Below, in pieces: positions 46,071-60,319 of a stretch of 64,000 nt of DNA (within the stretch, counting starts at the first letter, position 1; every line of letters starts with the position of its first letter). The position numbers and the translations under genes are program-made. Below the pieces are notes generated by a model. That model saw nothing but the letters and a program-made list of their open reading frames with translations. It did no database searches and was not told the DNA's origin. Origin of the DNA: the human T2T-CHM13v2.0 reference genome, Homo sapiens. The stretch lies in the NCBI RefSeq assembly GCF_009914755.1, contig NC_060942.1; one strand, 5' to 3'.

Positions 46071-46526
46071 TTTTAAAAGAAGGAATATAAGATGAAATCT
46101 TGTAGATTGGTTTCTAAAAAAATAGCCTACTGGGACTTCCTAATACTCAAAATTACACATAATATCTAAAAGGACATTTCATCATATATAACATTAATTT
46201 ATATCACCTGGCATGCAGTGAGCCATATTTCTTTCAGTGGCTAAGCTGTTGCCAGGTTCTAAATTAGGCTCCTTATGGAAGCTGATTAACCCTTTCAGGA
46301 TAGCAGCACAGCAGTGAGTGCAGACATTGCATTAACAATGGCAGGGAGGTTGTATTCACTGACCAGAGCAAGACGTCAGCCAAGGAAAGCAATGGTGCGT
46401 GGTCACTGGATTCCTGCCATCCTGACAGGTTCCCTGCCTCCTGAGCTGAATGCAGGGGATGCTTAGTTTAACTGTGACTGGCCATGTAGCTGGCTAGCCA
46501 TTTGACTCAACATTGTAGTACACATC

Positions 46527-46568
46527 TGTAATAGGGTTCTCCTAAGAAAGAGAGCCAGAACTAGTAAC

Positions 46569-46602
<34 letters not shown>

Positions 46603-47625
46603 AAGTCATGTGCCACACAATGGAGTACCAGTCAACAACAGACCACATGTATGAAGATAGTCTAGAAGATTATAATAAAGCTGAACATTTCCTATTGCCA
46701 TGTGACATCGCAGCTATCACAGGGCAATCACTTGCTTTTTTTTTAGATTTAGTTTGGTCTAAGTGTACAGCGTTTATGAAGTCTACAGTAGTGTTTATCA
46801 ATGTCCTAGGCCTTCGTGTTCACTCACTGCTCCCTCACTCACTCACCCAGGGCAACTTCCAGTCCTGCAATCTCCATTCATAAGTGCCCCAGACAGCTGT
46901 ACCACTTTTTAAAAATCATTTATATTGTATTTGTACTGTGCCGTTTCTATGTTTAGATATGTTTAGATACACAAATAATTCCTGTTGTGTTTCAATTGCG
47001 TACAGTATTCAGAACAGTTACAGTCTGTATGGGTTTGTAGCCTAGGATCAACAAGCTATATCATATAGCCTAGGTATGTAACAGGGTACAATATCTAGGT
47101 TTGTGTAAGTACACACTATGATGTTCTCACAACTATGAAATTGCCTAACAATGCATTTTCAGAATGTATCCCATCACTAAGTGACACAATTGTGTGTATA
47201 TAGAGAGAAAGATTTATTATGAGAAATTGGCTAACACAATTATGGAAGCTGAGAAGTCCCATGATCGGCCATTTGCAAGCTGTAGACCCAGTAAAGCTGG
47301 TGGCATAATTCAGTCCAAATCAGAAGGCTTGAGAGCCAAGGAAGCCAGGAGTGTAAACCCCATTCCAAAGACCTGAGATGAGATGAGTTGTCCCAACTCA
47401 CACAGTGAGTCAGGAAAGAAAGGAGAATACCTCCTTCCCTTCCTTTCTGTTTATTCACACTCTCAATGGTCTGGATGATGGCACACCACCTAGGGAAGGG
47501 AGATCTTCTTTACTGATTCAAATGCTAAACTCATCCAAAAACACCTTCACAGACATACTCAGAAATAATGTTTAATTTGGGAACCCCAGGGTCAGCCAAG
47601 CTGACTCATGAAATTAACCATCACA
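46527..47625 (-). mobile_element. MLT2B-type LTR interrupted by Tigger3
   Basis: Left piece 'tgtaatagggttctcc..agagccagaac'; resumes at 47196 'gatttattatgagaaattggct..atggaagctgagaagtccc'; ends 'aaattaaccatcaca'. Confidence 0.85.
46603..47195. mobile_element. Tigger3c/MER7-type element
   Basis: 'agtcatgtgccac..gtcaac.acagaccacat', 'gtcctaggccttc', 'ctcacccagggcaacttccagtcctgcaa', 'ctaggtttgtgtaagtacac', 'taagtgacac'; sits in a TA-containing microsatellite. Confidence 0.85.
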
Positions 47626-48035
47626 ATGCCCAAGAACTCAGTGCAGATTAGAAGCTTGACAGGACCCTGGTCTGTTCTTGGCAGGATGATAAAATGTGTA
47701 AACTTTGCTTATTCTATTGCAAAGCTTCTCTCCCTGTTAACTTTCCCCTTCCTGCACCATCAATTTCTCCACCTCTGCCATCAAATCCCAGCTACATTGA
47801 CACTCCTACCTAACTCATCAAATTCAGTCTCCAGAATTGATTCTAGCATCATTTATTCAATCAAAATATTTACTAAGCACCTGTTAATATGCTAACAGTT
47901 GAGTTGACAATAGTGATCAAGACACAGTTCCTCCTCTGAAGCTGCTTCCAATTCACACCTTGGTATGAATTTTGTCTACGTTCTGTCTTCCCAAGAGTAT
48001 TGCAAATTTAGTTTTTCTTGTAAATTAGATTTCAG

Positions 48036-48799
48036 TGAGGACTAAACTCTGATCTTCTTTCTTCTCTTGACAAATGCCTATCTAAGGGGCCTGGACAGTT
48101 ACACCTTACAAACCATAAAGTCTCATCAGAGGGGTTTCATTTAACACTCTATAATGTGGCTCACTTTCCAACCTGACCCCGGCATAACATCACACATAAC
48201 ACACAACAAAGAAGGAAATCAGAATATTTAAACTCCAAATATGTTTCTCTGCCCTATCTTGAAATAGCCCTACAACATTGTCTCTTGCATGCTCTACATT
48301 CTGTAGAGAATCCCCTTTCTCTCTTCCAGGGCTTTTTCCTGATCCAGGGGAGAATCAACTAAGAGTCTGACCCCTTTTTAAGTCTGATAAGAAACATGTA
48401 CAATCTATTCTGTATGAGCTTGCCACCTAAGGGCTTCATCTGCATAATAAGAACCTTGGTCTCCACAATCCCTTATCTTAACCCAGATGTTTCCTTTCTA
48501 TTGATTCCAGGTCTTTAGATAAACTCTTTCATCCAGCTGCCAATCAGGAAATCTTTGAATCTGCCTATAATCTGGAAGTCCCCCTCCACCAGCTTCTGGA
48601 CCAAACCAATGTACTTCTTACATGTATTGACTGATGTCTTATGTTCTCCTAAAATGAATAAAACCTAGTGTGGCCTGACCACTTTGGATACATATTGTTG
48701 GGGTCTCCCGAGGGCTGTGTCAAGGGCCATGGTCACTTGTATTTGGCTCAGAATAAATATCTTCAAATATTTTACAGAACTCAACTTTTTTCATCAACA
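48036..48799 (+). mobile_element. MER4D/E-type (ERV1) solo LTR
   Basis: TG..CA ends, 'tgaggactaaactctga', 'cctatctaaggggcctgg', 'atttggctcagaataaat.tcttcaaatattttacaga'; perfect 4-bp TSD TCAG. Confidence 0.9.
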
Positions 48800-49565
48800 T
48801 CAGGTATCATTAATTAGAAGCTGGTAATAGTTTAAAGAGTAAAGAGCCTTCTTGATGCCCTCTCCAATCTCTTTTCCTCTCTCCTTCTCTCTCTCTCTCT
48901 TGCCCCTTCTCTTATTCTCTCTCATCTTATATATCCGTAGACACATTCTCAATATAGGCCTTCACAACTCCAATGTTTTCTAATTTGCCATAAAGGAAAA
49001 AGTGAATTGAGTGTCAAATTCACCATACTACTTATCCAATGAAGAAATCAATAATAAAATGTTTTCCGATGTAAAGTTTGTGTCGCATAAAGATGAGAAA
49101 TAGCTAGATGAAAATATAGAGAGCAACATTGTGGGAAATATATTATGAAAGTGTACACACACAGTGAATAACTTATGATGGCTACAGACTATTCTAACCT
49201 TTATCTTCAGAAGGGAGCAATTACTCACAGCCATGTGGTGCGTATGAATTATCATTACTCACTTGTGAAAGTAAATGTGTAAATGTCACTGTAGGCACTA
49301 ATAGTCATGCGATATTGCTCTACTTTTAATAGAATATTCGTGCTGATATAGTTGGTACATTTGTATGCATTAAAGAATGTTTTATTACAAAGGAAAGGGT
49401 AAAGAAATAAAAGAAAAAATATTTTTTAAAAATTAAAGAGGATGGTAGGGAAAGACAAAAATAGCATTAGAGAAACATGGTGATACTCTGTTGAGTGAAT
49501 ACTAGGTGTTTTTAAGTGAATTATCTCATTTAACATTGGTTTTTAAACACATGAAATAACTTCTT

Positions 49566-50058
49566 TGTTAGAAACTGTTCTCCAGAAAAAAGAAACAGAA
49601 CCAATCAAATGTATGTGTGCATGCATGTGTGTGTGTGCATGTGTGTGTTTGTGTGTGTGTGTGTGTACATACAGAGAGAGAGAGACAGAAACAGAAAGAC
49701 AGAGAGAGATTTATTTTAAGGAACTGGCTCATGAAATTGTGAAGACTGCAACTGTGAAATCTTAAGGGCATGCCAGCAGGCTGGAAATTACAGCAAGAGT
49801 TGATGTTGGAGTCTCAAGTTTGAAGGCCATAAAATCAGGCAGAATTTCTATGTTGCAGTCTGGAGGCAAAATTCCTTTCTTTTCTGGGAATCTTGATCTT
49901 TTATCTTACGGCCTTTAACAGATTGGATGAGGCCCACCCACATTATGAAGGGTAATTTACTTAACATCCACTGTTCACTGCAACATCTACACTGGTATTT
50001 GTCTAAACAACTGAGCACCATAGCCTAGCCAATCTGACACATAAAATTAACCATCACA
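49566..50058 (-). mobile_element. MLT2D-type LTR, inserted in a MIR
   Basis: 'ttctccaga..gaaacagaaccaat', 'gatttattttaaggaactggctca', 'gattggatgaggcccacccacattatg', ends 'gacacataaaattaaccatcaca'. Confidence 0.87.
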
Positions 50059-51190
50059 TCTTCATGTTCAGAAATAGGACAATCAAGGTCCAGAGATGCT
50101 AACACCACATTCCGGGGCACACACAGGAGTCATGGCACATAGGGAAGGAGCAGTGTATGAACTTTGGAAAATGCCTACCTATGCATCCCAGCTGTGCCAC
50201 TTAACCAGGTGTGGAAACCTGGGGAATTATCATGTCTGTGCCTTAGTTCTCTCGCCTGTAAAAGGAAATATTGGGCATACTTTTCATGGTTGTTCCAAGG
50301 ACTCAAGGAGATAAAGGTTTTGGAATACTGGGCATGGACTATAAACAGGTCCCCTAGCAACCCTGTGCTTCTACTTTATCATCCCTCCCAGGGAAGAACC
50401 AGATTCAAGTTCAAGGTTGGCTAACTTCAAGCTAATCTGCTAATTAATAAAACACATGTCCCAATGACAAGAATATGAAACACTAATTTGTTTCACATTG
50501 AAGTGGTACATGCTGTGTGTTTATGCCATTACTAGAGCCAACACTGAAATATCATTTGATATGTATCTGAAGCCTTCTATCAGGCTCCAAGATAAGAAAG
50601 AGGCAGTTTTTTTTTTTTTTTTTTTGAAAAATCAGTAAAACAAGGTTATTACCCTCAGAGCAGTTTATAATCCAGTCTGGAAGACAAAACATGTGCGTGC
50701 ATCACACAAAGTCCGGAACTAAGCAGCTCAAGGGGCACATGGGAGCCCTGTCATTAGAGCCCATGTCACAGCCAAGTATCCCCTTATAAGAAGGACTGAC
50801 ACAAATATCAAAGAATAACAGATTCATTATGACTTCCAATAGTTTTATGGAGACACAGTCTTTGTAGGTAGGTAAGAGCCATCTCTGTGAGTAGTAGGTG
50901 AGGTAAATACAATGTACAAAGCATGTAAAACTGTTAAGCCATTATATATGTTTACGATACATAAATAACCCAAAGAAATTGCAGTGGCTAATGGCCAGCT
51001 TCCTGCAGCATCAGTGCCCACTTTTTTACTTCGTGCTGTTAAATAACAAACATTAACCTACTAGTCATAATCTGTTCTATTGGGATCATGATTTGATAAA
51101 GCATAGTTTTGGGTATAGATACAGTAGGGTGCAAAAGTATGTCTCAGCAATATGCAATCTATTTTTGTTATTCTTTAGTTTTAAAAAATA

Positions 51191-51510
51191 GGGCACAGTG
51201 GCTCATGCCTATAATCTCATCACTTTGGGAGGCTGAGATGGTCAAATAACTTGAGCTCAGGAGTTTGAGACCAGCCTGGGCGACATGATGAAGCCCTGTC
51301 TCTACATAAAACAAAATGAAAGAAAAGAAAAAACTAGCCAGGTGGGGTGGCGTGTGCCTATACTCTCAGCTACTTGGGAGGCTGAGGTAGTAGGATAACT
51401 TGAGCCTGGGAGGACAAGGCTGCAAGGAACTTTGCTCGTGCCACTGCACTCCAGCCTGCCTGGGTGAGAGAGTGAGACCCTGTCTCAAAATAAATATAAA
51501 TAAATAAATA
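51191..51510 (+). mobile_element. AluJ
   Basis: Diverged dimer, J-type right arm 'aggctgca..gtgagaccctgtctc'; (TAAA)n tail. Confidence 0.9.
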
Positions 51511-51829
51511 GATGTAAACAGGAGAGCCTTTCTGTTTTATGTTTTGATCCATTACATGAACGAGAGAAGAAAAAAATAAATAAAAGCAATTAGCTACAAA
51601 ATATAAAGCTTTTTTGTTTGTTTGAATGCCTTGAAAAGGATAAATTCTTACTTTCTTTGGCATTGCAAACATCTTCCTACATCTTGGAGGTGAGCAATGC
51701 ATCAATTAATAATCATAATTCCCTGGTGTTTATATGCAAAGTACAATTTAATTCATCAAATGTTCAGTTTTTTTTGAACCTAAAACTGTAATTTATTGCT
51801 GTTTCAGTACAACAAGTCTTCAGTTCTCT

Positions 51830-52187
51830 ACTCTCACCTAACCTGACCATCCACTAGCTCTCTAGTGAACTCCTTGTGTTTTGAGACATCATTCAATTAT
51901 GTCCTCCTCTACAAAGCCTCTCCTGTCACCTCTCCCTGTACCCAACCAAAAAGTAGCACTGATTTCTCCCTGGTGTTTAACCCCTGTGTATTGTATGTTG
52001 TGTACAGACTTCTAACAGAGTATCTGTAACACTTTATAGCACTATTTTGTTACATAGCTGTTTCCTATCAAACGACATATATATTTCTTGGGACCAGGGA
52101 CTGTATTTTATTCATTTTCTATTCCCGATACCTACAGCATACTTGGAATATATTAAATAATTAATAATGTTTGATGAATAAATGAAT
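51830..52187 (+). mobile_element. L2 3' end
   Basis: 'gtcctcctct..aaagcct.tcctg', 'ttgggaccagggactgtattttattc', 'aatgtttgatgaataaatgaatgg'. Confidence 0.75.
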
Positions 52188-52289
52188 GGTAGGGAATATC
52201 AATAGTTGCTCCCAAAAGTGTTTTGACTACATCCAGCGAGTAATTCATACACTAGAAAATTCGTCATGATGAATGTGGATCTTAGAGTG

Positions 52290-52470
52290 AGAATATTCGA
52301 GACAGAAGGAACTTCAAGAACCATCCAATACCTCATTTTACAGATAAGGAAACCTTGGCCCATAAAGGTAACTTTTTTAAGGTGACATAGATTGTAGGTG
52401 CCAGTGCCAGCAGTGGGGCCATAATTTACATCTCTGAACAATTTGTCAGATGTTCTTGACCCTCTACCAT
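52290..52470 (-). mobile_element. MIR3/MIR
   Basis: 'gaaggaactt..ccatccaa..cctcattttacagataaggaaac..ggccca..aaggtgacatag'. Confidence 0.7.
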
Positions 52471-54299
52471 ACTGTCTCTCTTGAAGCAAACAAAGCAAGA
52501 TTCATTTCCTTTAAAGGATGTCAAATATTGATATGCCTATTAATGCATAATAGCTTCCTCTCATTCATAGTTGAAGAACTTACTAATATAGCATTAATTC
52601 TGCTTTCCTAAAAGTTGTCACCTTTCTTAAAAGGTCTCCTTGTGACATAACTTCTTAAAGAGATACTCAGATTTTAGGGTTCTTGCTTTTTTTACACAAA
52701 GATTTAGTAGATACATGAAACACATAGTTATTTCTGGGTAATACATAAAAGATGTGTAAAATATATGGATTTTACCAATGTAGTGCTTTATTTAAACAAC
52801 TGCACATAGCCTGCTATGCTCACATTGTATTATAAACTTAGGGGCATCCTCTGTTACTTTCTATTGAATTAGCCCCAATCATGAAAATAACAATTTCAAT
52901 GAAGTAAACTGCATAAGTAGAGATTTTTTCCAATTTTTAAAAATAGAGCCTTTTATAATTTAATGGGTAAAATAATCACCTATAGGTCTGGTAATTCAAC
53001 TCAGGATTTTGATTTATATGTTCCTGGTTCACTGGAGCAAATAGAGTTAAGAGATCTCAAGAATAGAAATGCTAGAATATCAATGGTAGGATTATTTCTT
53101 TCAACGTGTTTAAGACATATTTTAAAATCTGATTTACCAATTTCAAAAGAGAACACTTTATTGTTTTTTAATATTTACATTTTTTTAAGTTTAAAAGTTT
53201 GTATCGAGTCAGCTTAAAACTGACAAGGAATGATTGGCCTCCAAATGACAAATTAAGATGTAGGTTTGGAGTTGTTAAGATGTCAGTCAGAATGACTGAC
53301 AAATTTCACTGCTGAATTAAGTTTTAAATTCTCTATAAATCTGACTGCCAGTTGGAATGGTTGATGTAGTCTCCAATTATCTGTAAGAAAGCTGTTTTGA
53401 GTAGAGAATCAAAAAATGTTGTGTGGCTGGGGAGGATTATGGTGACACCTCTGATTTCACTCTAGGCCATTGTCCAGATGTCCTTTCATGAGGACAAATG
53501 ACCAGACTTTCACTGATCTCAAAAGATTATTTTCATTGTGAACATCAGCATGCTAAGAAAGTACAGGGCATAAAATTGTCCTGTATAGCACAGAAGGCAA
53601 TACACAAAAGGAACCATAGAAACTATCAAACACCACTCACACGTATTACAAGTAAAAGGAAGCCAACATATTGCTAGTTAGTTCCATAAAAGGGCCCAAA
53701 CCCAGATCTTTCAATTCTTTCCCCCATATCATCTTTTTCAGATTCAAATCCTCATATGACAATTCTTTCTTTAAAAGGTCTTAGGTGCATCCTTTCTTTA
53801 ATAATTTAGTACCATATCTTTTAAAGTGAATGAAATACTCATATTATTTATCCAAACACAACTCAGAGATGTGATTCCATGCCACGTTTTGTGAAAGATT
53901 TTTGTTGAAACACTTAATATCAGTCCTGGAAAGCAAAATAAGAAAAGATTTTACTGTTTCAACAAATTTGATGAAATACATTTCGTTGTCTCTCAGCAGC
54001 AAGGGACACTGTTGACATGGTTTGACCTCTGGAGCATCTAGAATGCAGGGTGGTGACCATAAAATAAATTCAGTCAAAAATATATCTCAATGATTTAAAA
54101 ATTAATGTGCTTATTTACAGAGCAACTTGAGGTAGACTGTAAGTAGAAACAAAAGTAGGAAAAGCAAAGAAGTCACCCACTCTGTCACCTGTATTTTACT
54201 GAAACTTTAAGAAAAATAAAAATTCTCAGGAGAATGTAGAACTATATTTATATACATGTAAAGTTAATTTAAAATCATTTTCCTGAGGAAAAGAGCAAT

Positions 54300-55445
54300 C
54301 AAGTAAATGCATTGCATGGATAACTTACAAAATACACACAACTGGATGATAGAAATATGAAGAGATTGTCAATCTCACTAGCAACCAGGCAAAAGTAAAA
54401 TAAAACAAGATATAATTTGTTACCCACCCTGCTGCAAAAATTATAAAGATTGACAATAATTGCCACTAAACATTTTATGAGAAATCAGGCACTAACATTT
54501 GAAAAAGGTGGACATTTGAATAGATAGCACTTTCTGGAGAACATTTCAGCATTATTAATCCAAATTTTACAATGTGCATACCCTCTGACCAAGTGTATTA
54601 GTCGGTTTTCACACTGCTATAAAGAACTTCCCTGAGACTGGGTGATTCATAAAGGAAAGAGGTTTAGTTGACTCGCAGTTCTGCATGACTGGGGAGGGCT
54701 CAGGAATCTTACAATCATGGTGGAAGAAGAAGCAGGCACCTTCTTCACAAGGCAGCAGGAGAGATAAGAAAGAAAGGAACTTCCAAATACCCATAACACC
54801 ATCAGCTCTCCTAAGAACTCACTCATTATCATGAGAACAGCATGCGGGAAACCGCCCCTGTGATCCAATAACCTCTGTCTCTTGACATGTGGGGATTACA
54901 GGTCCCTCCCTTGACACGTGGGAACTGCAATTCAACATGAGATTTGGGTAAGGACACAGAGCCAAACTATATCTCCAAGTAATTATATTTCTAGTACTCT
55001 GCTTCAGAAATATTCACATATGTACAAAGATCTGTCTTTAAGAATGGTTATTGCAGCACTGTTAAAGGAAAACTTTACAAATATTCTAAATATTTTCCAA
55101 CAGGGAATTCTTTAGTTTGTTACGTTAGTGTCATCTTTTGGGAGGACATCTGTCCAGTATTTAATATTAAATGTGAATCATTTTGACACGGATATTCCAC
55201 TTTTAGGTATTTATCCACAGGAAACAAACAAGTTCACAACGATATTAATTGGAGCATTTTTGATGATAGTAAAAAAGTAGAAATAACTCTTAACATCCAT
55301 CAAGGAGAGATTCGTTGGATAAGTTCTATGAAATAAAATACTCTGAGTACTAGTCAATCATTAAATTAAATTAAATAGATCTATATTATTGTTATGAGAA
55401 AAAGTAGAAAAATATATATGATAAATCTTACTCTACAAAAAAAGC
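54300..55445 (+). mobile_element. Old L1ME-type fragments (host of THE1D)
   Basis: 'ctcactagcaaccagg', 'actttctggaga.cattt', 'tgtgcataccctctgaccaag', 'ggttattgcagcactgtt', 'tccacttttaggtatttatcc'. Confidence 0.65.
54594..54974 (-). mobile_element. THE1D/MSTA-type solo LTR
   Basis: 'tgtattagtc.gttttcacactgctataaagaa..cctgagactggg', 'gcaggcaccttcttcacaaggc', 'gagatttgggt..ggacacagagccaaac'; perfect 5-bp TSD CCAAG. Confidence 0.92.
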
Positions 55446-56047
55446 TAGACTATGTTATTACAAACATCATGTAAATGGCATACTGGAGAGGGATCAATCC
55501 GATAGCAAACCCCAATTTGGATTGCTATTGCTTCTTTGCTACTGCTTCTTAGATGACATAGTAAATCCCTATTAAAAAGTGACACTGCCCATTCAGATGC
55601 AGCCCTACCCACTGTTGTAGTAATGTTCTTGCTAATCACTATTTCTTTACCTCCCTTTGGGGCTCTTGGAGGTACTTTCTGCTAAGAAAACTCAATTGGG
55701 ACAGTTCAGTCCTTCTCAGAGGTTCTAATGACATTGAAGCAGCTCAGCATACCAATGGGATTGTGCTGGTACATCCTTTATCAGGCCATAAAAGTTCCTA
55801 TTATAGCATTTAACTCAAGGCAATGGGTGTAACTGTATATCTGTGTTACTAAGAGGGGTGCTCAGATAGACTGATTCCTAAATGCAGCAGAACTACTGTT
55901 TTGTACATTATATTTTAAATAGCTGATCTTTCCCCACTTCCACTAAATTGCTCTAGCGGGAGCTCCCGATCACAGTTCATCCCCCTCCCTGGTCACAGCA
56001 GAGTGGGTATGACCCAGACTGGCCAATCACAGGGCCTAATCCTGCTA

Positions 56048-56395
<348 letters not shown>

Positions 56396-56509
56396 TCATT
56401 TTTGTTTTTGCTTTTGTTCTCTGGCTGAAGCGGTCAGGAAACACTATCATTCTTCCAAGTACCTTTCCTTTGTGCAAAGAAAAGTGCTCTTTAAAAACTC
56501 TAATCCAGC

Positions 56510-56905
56510 ATGGACACACGACCAATAAACATATGAAAAGGCAACTATTACATTTGTCACGAGGGAGAAGAAAATTAAAACCATAATGCAATACCATTAC
56601 ACACAAAGAAGAATTGCTAAAATGAAAATTAAAAAAAATATATATTTAATGTGGTTGAGAATGTTAAGCAACCAGAATACTCATACACAATGGTGGAAAA
56701 AGATTGATTCAATTACCTTGGAAAACTGTTTGGCATTGTCTACCAAAGCTCATCAGTTGCATATCTTCTGAACCAGCATATACTAAACCAAAATGTGGAT
56801 CTCTCCAAAACATATTCTATTAATATTCTTAGCAACATTATCACAATAACCCCAAATTGGAAACTATCCAAATGTCCATTTGCCAAGGGTGCAACATATG
56901 GTGTT
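56510..56905 (+). mobile_element. Old L1M ORF2-end fragment
   Basis: 'accaataaacatatgaaaag', 'aaattaaaaccataatg.aatacc', 'ttggaaaactgtttggca', 'ccccaaattggaaac..ccaaatgtcca'. Confidence 0.7.
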
Positions 56906-56924
56906 CAAAACAAAGACTAGTAAA

Positions 56925-57235
56925 GGCAGTGGCTCATACCTGTAATTCCAGTTTTTTGGGAGGCTGATGTGGGAGGATCACTTGAGGCCAGGAGTTCAAG
57001 ACCAGCCTAGGCAATATAGTAAGACCCTATTTCTGCAAGAAACTTTTAAAAATTAGCCAGGCATGGTGATACACACCTGCAGTCTCAGCTACTCAGGAGG
57101 GTGGAATGGGAGGATACTTGAGCCCAGGAGTTCAAGGCTGCAATGAGCTGTGATCATACCACAGCACTCCATCTTGGGTGACAGAGTGAGATCCTATCTC
57201 AAAAAATAAATAAATAAATAAATAAATAAATAAAA
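56925..57235 (+). mobile_element. AluJ (Jo/Jr-like) with (TAAA)n tail
   Basis: 'ggaggatcacttgaggccaggagttc', 'gagcccaggagttcaaggctgca..gctgtgatc'. Confidence 0.92.
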
Positions 57236-57479
57236 TATGTGATTAAGCTATAGATTTTACATATAAGTAATTTTGGTGATGACAATAAATAAGCAAAAGG
57301 TTAAGTGTTTGCTTTATTTTATGGTCTGCTTATATAAAGATAGTTATCTAGCAGACAGAGCCACCTTAAGAAAATCCAGAACTGCATTAATAAATAATAA
57401 TAATAATGGACTGTAGGGGAAAAAATATAAAAATCATTCCCTTTCTTCTGTCACTTTCCATTTATTTTCCTCTTTTGGC

Positions 57480-57676
57480 TGTGTATGTACGTGTGTATAT
57501 GTGTGTGTGCGTGTGCATGTGTGTGTGTCCATGTGTATATATATGTGTGTGTATGTGTATATATACATGTATGTGTGTGTGCATGCATGTATGTGTATAC
57601 ATAAGTGTATATATGTATATGTATATATGTGTGTATATACATGTATATACACACACACACACACACACACATATAT
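57480..57676. repeat. (TG)/(TA)/(CA) low-complexity tract
   Basis: Direct reading. Confidence 0.95.
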
Positions 57677-58859
57677 CATGGCCTAAAAATTTTAAGAACT
57701 GTTCTATCAATTAGTCAACAGTATCATGAATCGATTGGCAGACACAGAGTTTTCCTATGTCTAAGGGAAATAGTGCATATGAAATAATCAGACTACTTCT
57801 TGGCAAATATGTTAAACATTAGTTTCTCTTTTCTTTCCTATGCTAAGATAGGGTTGTAGTGGTGATTCTTAGATGGCTAGGTTGGAAGGTTGTATTGTTA
57901 TCTTGTTATCTGACCAGTTTTATCTGATGCACCAGAATATGCACTCAACAAGTTGTTTATGCTTTCTGTCTCTGGAGGTTTTGTCTCACTTTGTTATTTT
58001 ACAACTTTGTCCCACCCACAGACTTCCATTAACATATAGGAAATGCTTAGCTTTGTGTGATGTTTGCACTACCAAAGAACAGTTCCCTGACTATGGGCAG
58101 GGAACCGATTAGAGAAATGGCTTTGTACAATCTGCATGTTCCACTTCATGACTTGATTCTCAATAAAGCAACCCATTTTATCTTAGACTTCATGATGACA
58201 ATAACCATCTTTATTTTACAATAAAAAGTGAATATGGCATTAATTATTGTTACTTAGTCATTTTAGAATACTATAAATGTTTCAATAAAAAATTGCTATG
58301 CTAATCAAAATATTTCCTGTTTCATTACAACTATGAACTCTTCCTCATGACTGCAAAATGAGCAATAAAGTTTGATAGCATGGCACAGTCAAAATTGCCT
58401 CTTGGATAAGGGTGATTTTCCTCAAAATGTGTTATATGAATGCATTAAATATTTGATGCTTAATAAAAGCAAAATAACATCTCTTTCCACTAAGCTGCCT
58501 CAAATACCAATTACATAAGAAAGATTTGCTAAGCTAATGATTTTCTAAGTAACCACAAACACTTCTTTAATTCCTGATGTGTTCTTCTTTGTTCCTTAGA
58601 ATGCATATGACTTGTTTTCAATATGTTGTGGCTTCACTTTTTCATAGCAAGGATTTACTTAAAAAGCCTTTTAACTGTGCATAGGATTTCATACTGATAC
58701 ATCCAACAATGCATTATCAGGCAACATTGCCTCAGACATGAAAGCACTGACACAAAACCTCCAGCCTCTCTTTTCTAATTAATGTGATCTCTGAGCTGGT
58801 TTGTCTTAAATATATTTTATGATATAACAATGTTTTGTAAAGAATATAGCTTCTGACAT

Positions 58860-59284
58860 ATTGCTGACTACAAACATCACCTGGCGTGTTCCCATAATGA
58901 CTCACTTCTCCCCTTGTTCGCATGTGTGTGTAATTCCCTCCCTCAATGATTCTAGGATTGGCCGTGCGTCTTTCTTTGGCGCATGACACATTAGAAAATG
59001 CAATACAAATAGAGGCTGAATAAAGGCTTGTCCATTAGGACTTGTTCTCCTGAAACCCAACTGCTATGTGGAGAGAACTGACATGCCCTGGCTCATAGCC
59101 CCAAGTACCTTTCAGATATGTGAGTGAGGGTGTTCAGACAAGTCAGCTGCAGCCTACTTACTAAATCTACAAATAAGTTCAGCCAACACTACATGGAACA
59201 GAGATGGGCCATCCTAGCTGAGCCTTGCACAAATTGCTGACCTGCAGAATTAGGAGCAAATAAATAGTTGTTGTTTTAAGTTGC
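58860..59284 (+). mobile_element. MLT1F/G/H-type LTR
   Basis: 'tgtaattccctccc', 'cagatatgtgagtgagg', 'cctagctgagcc..aaattgctgacc..agaat..gagcaaataaat.gttgttgttttaag'. Confidence 0.75.
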
Positions 59285-59318
59285 TTCTAATAGTTATCTT
59301 CCACTCTGTCATTCCCTA

Positions 59319-59453
59319 TTTTTTTTTTATTTTATTATTACTATACTTTAAGTTTTAGGGTACATGTGCACAATGTGCAGGTTACATATGTATACATGTG
59401 CCATGCTGGTGTGCTGCACCCATTAACTCGTCATTTAGCATTAGGTATATCTC
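59319..59453 (-). mobile_element. Short L1PA3-like 3' end
   Basis: 'tatactttaagttttagggtacatgtgcaca..cattaactcgtcatttagcattaggtatatctc'; TSD-like ctattttt on both sides. Confidence 0.9.
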
Positions 59454-59974
59454 TATTTTTGTGAGCCAACGTAGAGGTATGGTATTGATGATCAAGGTTT
59501 AATTATGTGGAAGAAGATAACATGGAAAATTTCAGAACAGAAACAAGGGATATTTTTATCTGGACAGGATAGGTTAAATAGTGGGTGACATACATCTCAC
59601 TTGGGGCCACTGTGGCTAAATCATGACCACTAATCTAATATAAACACGGAACACTTTGTTGATATTTCAGCCACCTGAAATTATAACTCAGTAGGGTTAA
59701 CACCAAATTGTTTTAATTAAGCGTCTACCAGCTGAACTTGTGCTCAAAATAGAAATTTGGTTTGGTATGATAAAGTTGTTTTTCTTTCATACCTAGTGTA
59801 TAGGACAATATTTGTACAACTAAGTGTGCTTATAAATGCCTAATTTATAGGAATAATAAAAGTTACTGGAGGACACATAATTCTTTGTACTCCCCTATCA
59901 CATCAGCGTACTGTTGATCAATTATTGACAATATTGACTGATCTTGACAGTACTCGGTCTTCTGTCTTTATTAA

Positions 59975-60290
59975 TCCACACATTTAGTAATTATTTACTG
60001 AGTGTCTACTATATGCCTAGGATTGAGTTAGGTATTGATACACCAGATAAGCAAGGTCCCTGTTCTCATGGAATTTCCATTCTAAAGGGAAAAAAATAGA
60101 CAATAATTCCAAAGTACTTTAAAAAATTAGATAATTAAACATTGTAAGTACTCTAAAGAGATGAAACAAAGTGATGTCTTAGAGAAAAAGTACTTGGACA
60201 GATAGAAGGCTTCTTTAGATAGTGTTGTGTCAACAAAAACCTCTCTGAGGACAGGATATTTAAGACCTGAAGAATGCAGGAGTCATCTAG
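59975..60290 (-). mobile_element. L2 3' end
   Basis: 'tatttactgagtgtctactatatgcc', 'ggtccctgttctcatggaattt.cattcta', 'cctctctgagga..atttaagacctgaagaatg'. Confidence 0.8.
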
Positions 60291-60319
60291 GTGTAGCTAT
60301 CACAGATCTCTACAGATCT

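Noticed and set aside
59911-59950. TTGAY motif recurring at ~10-bp spacing
   Set aside because: Only four degenerate units; compatible with a decayed short tandem repeat or chance
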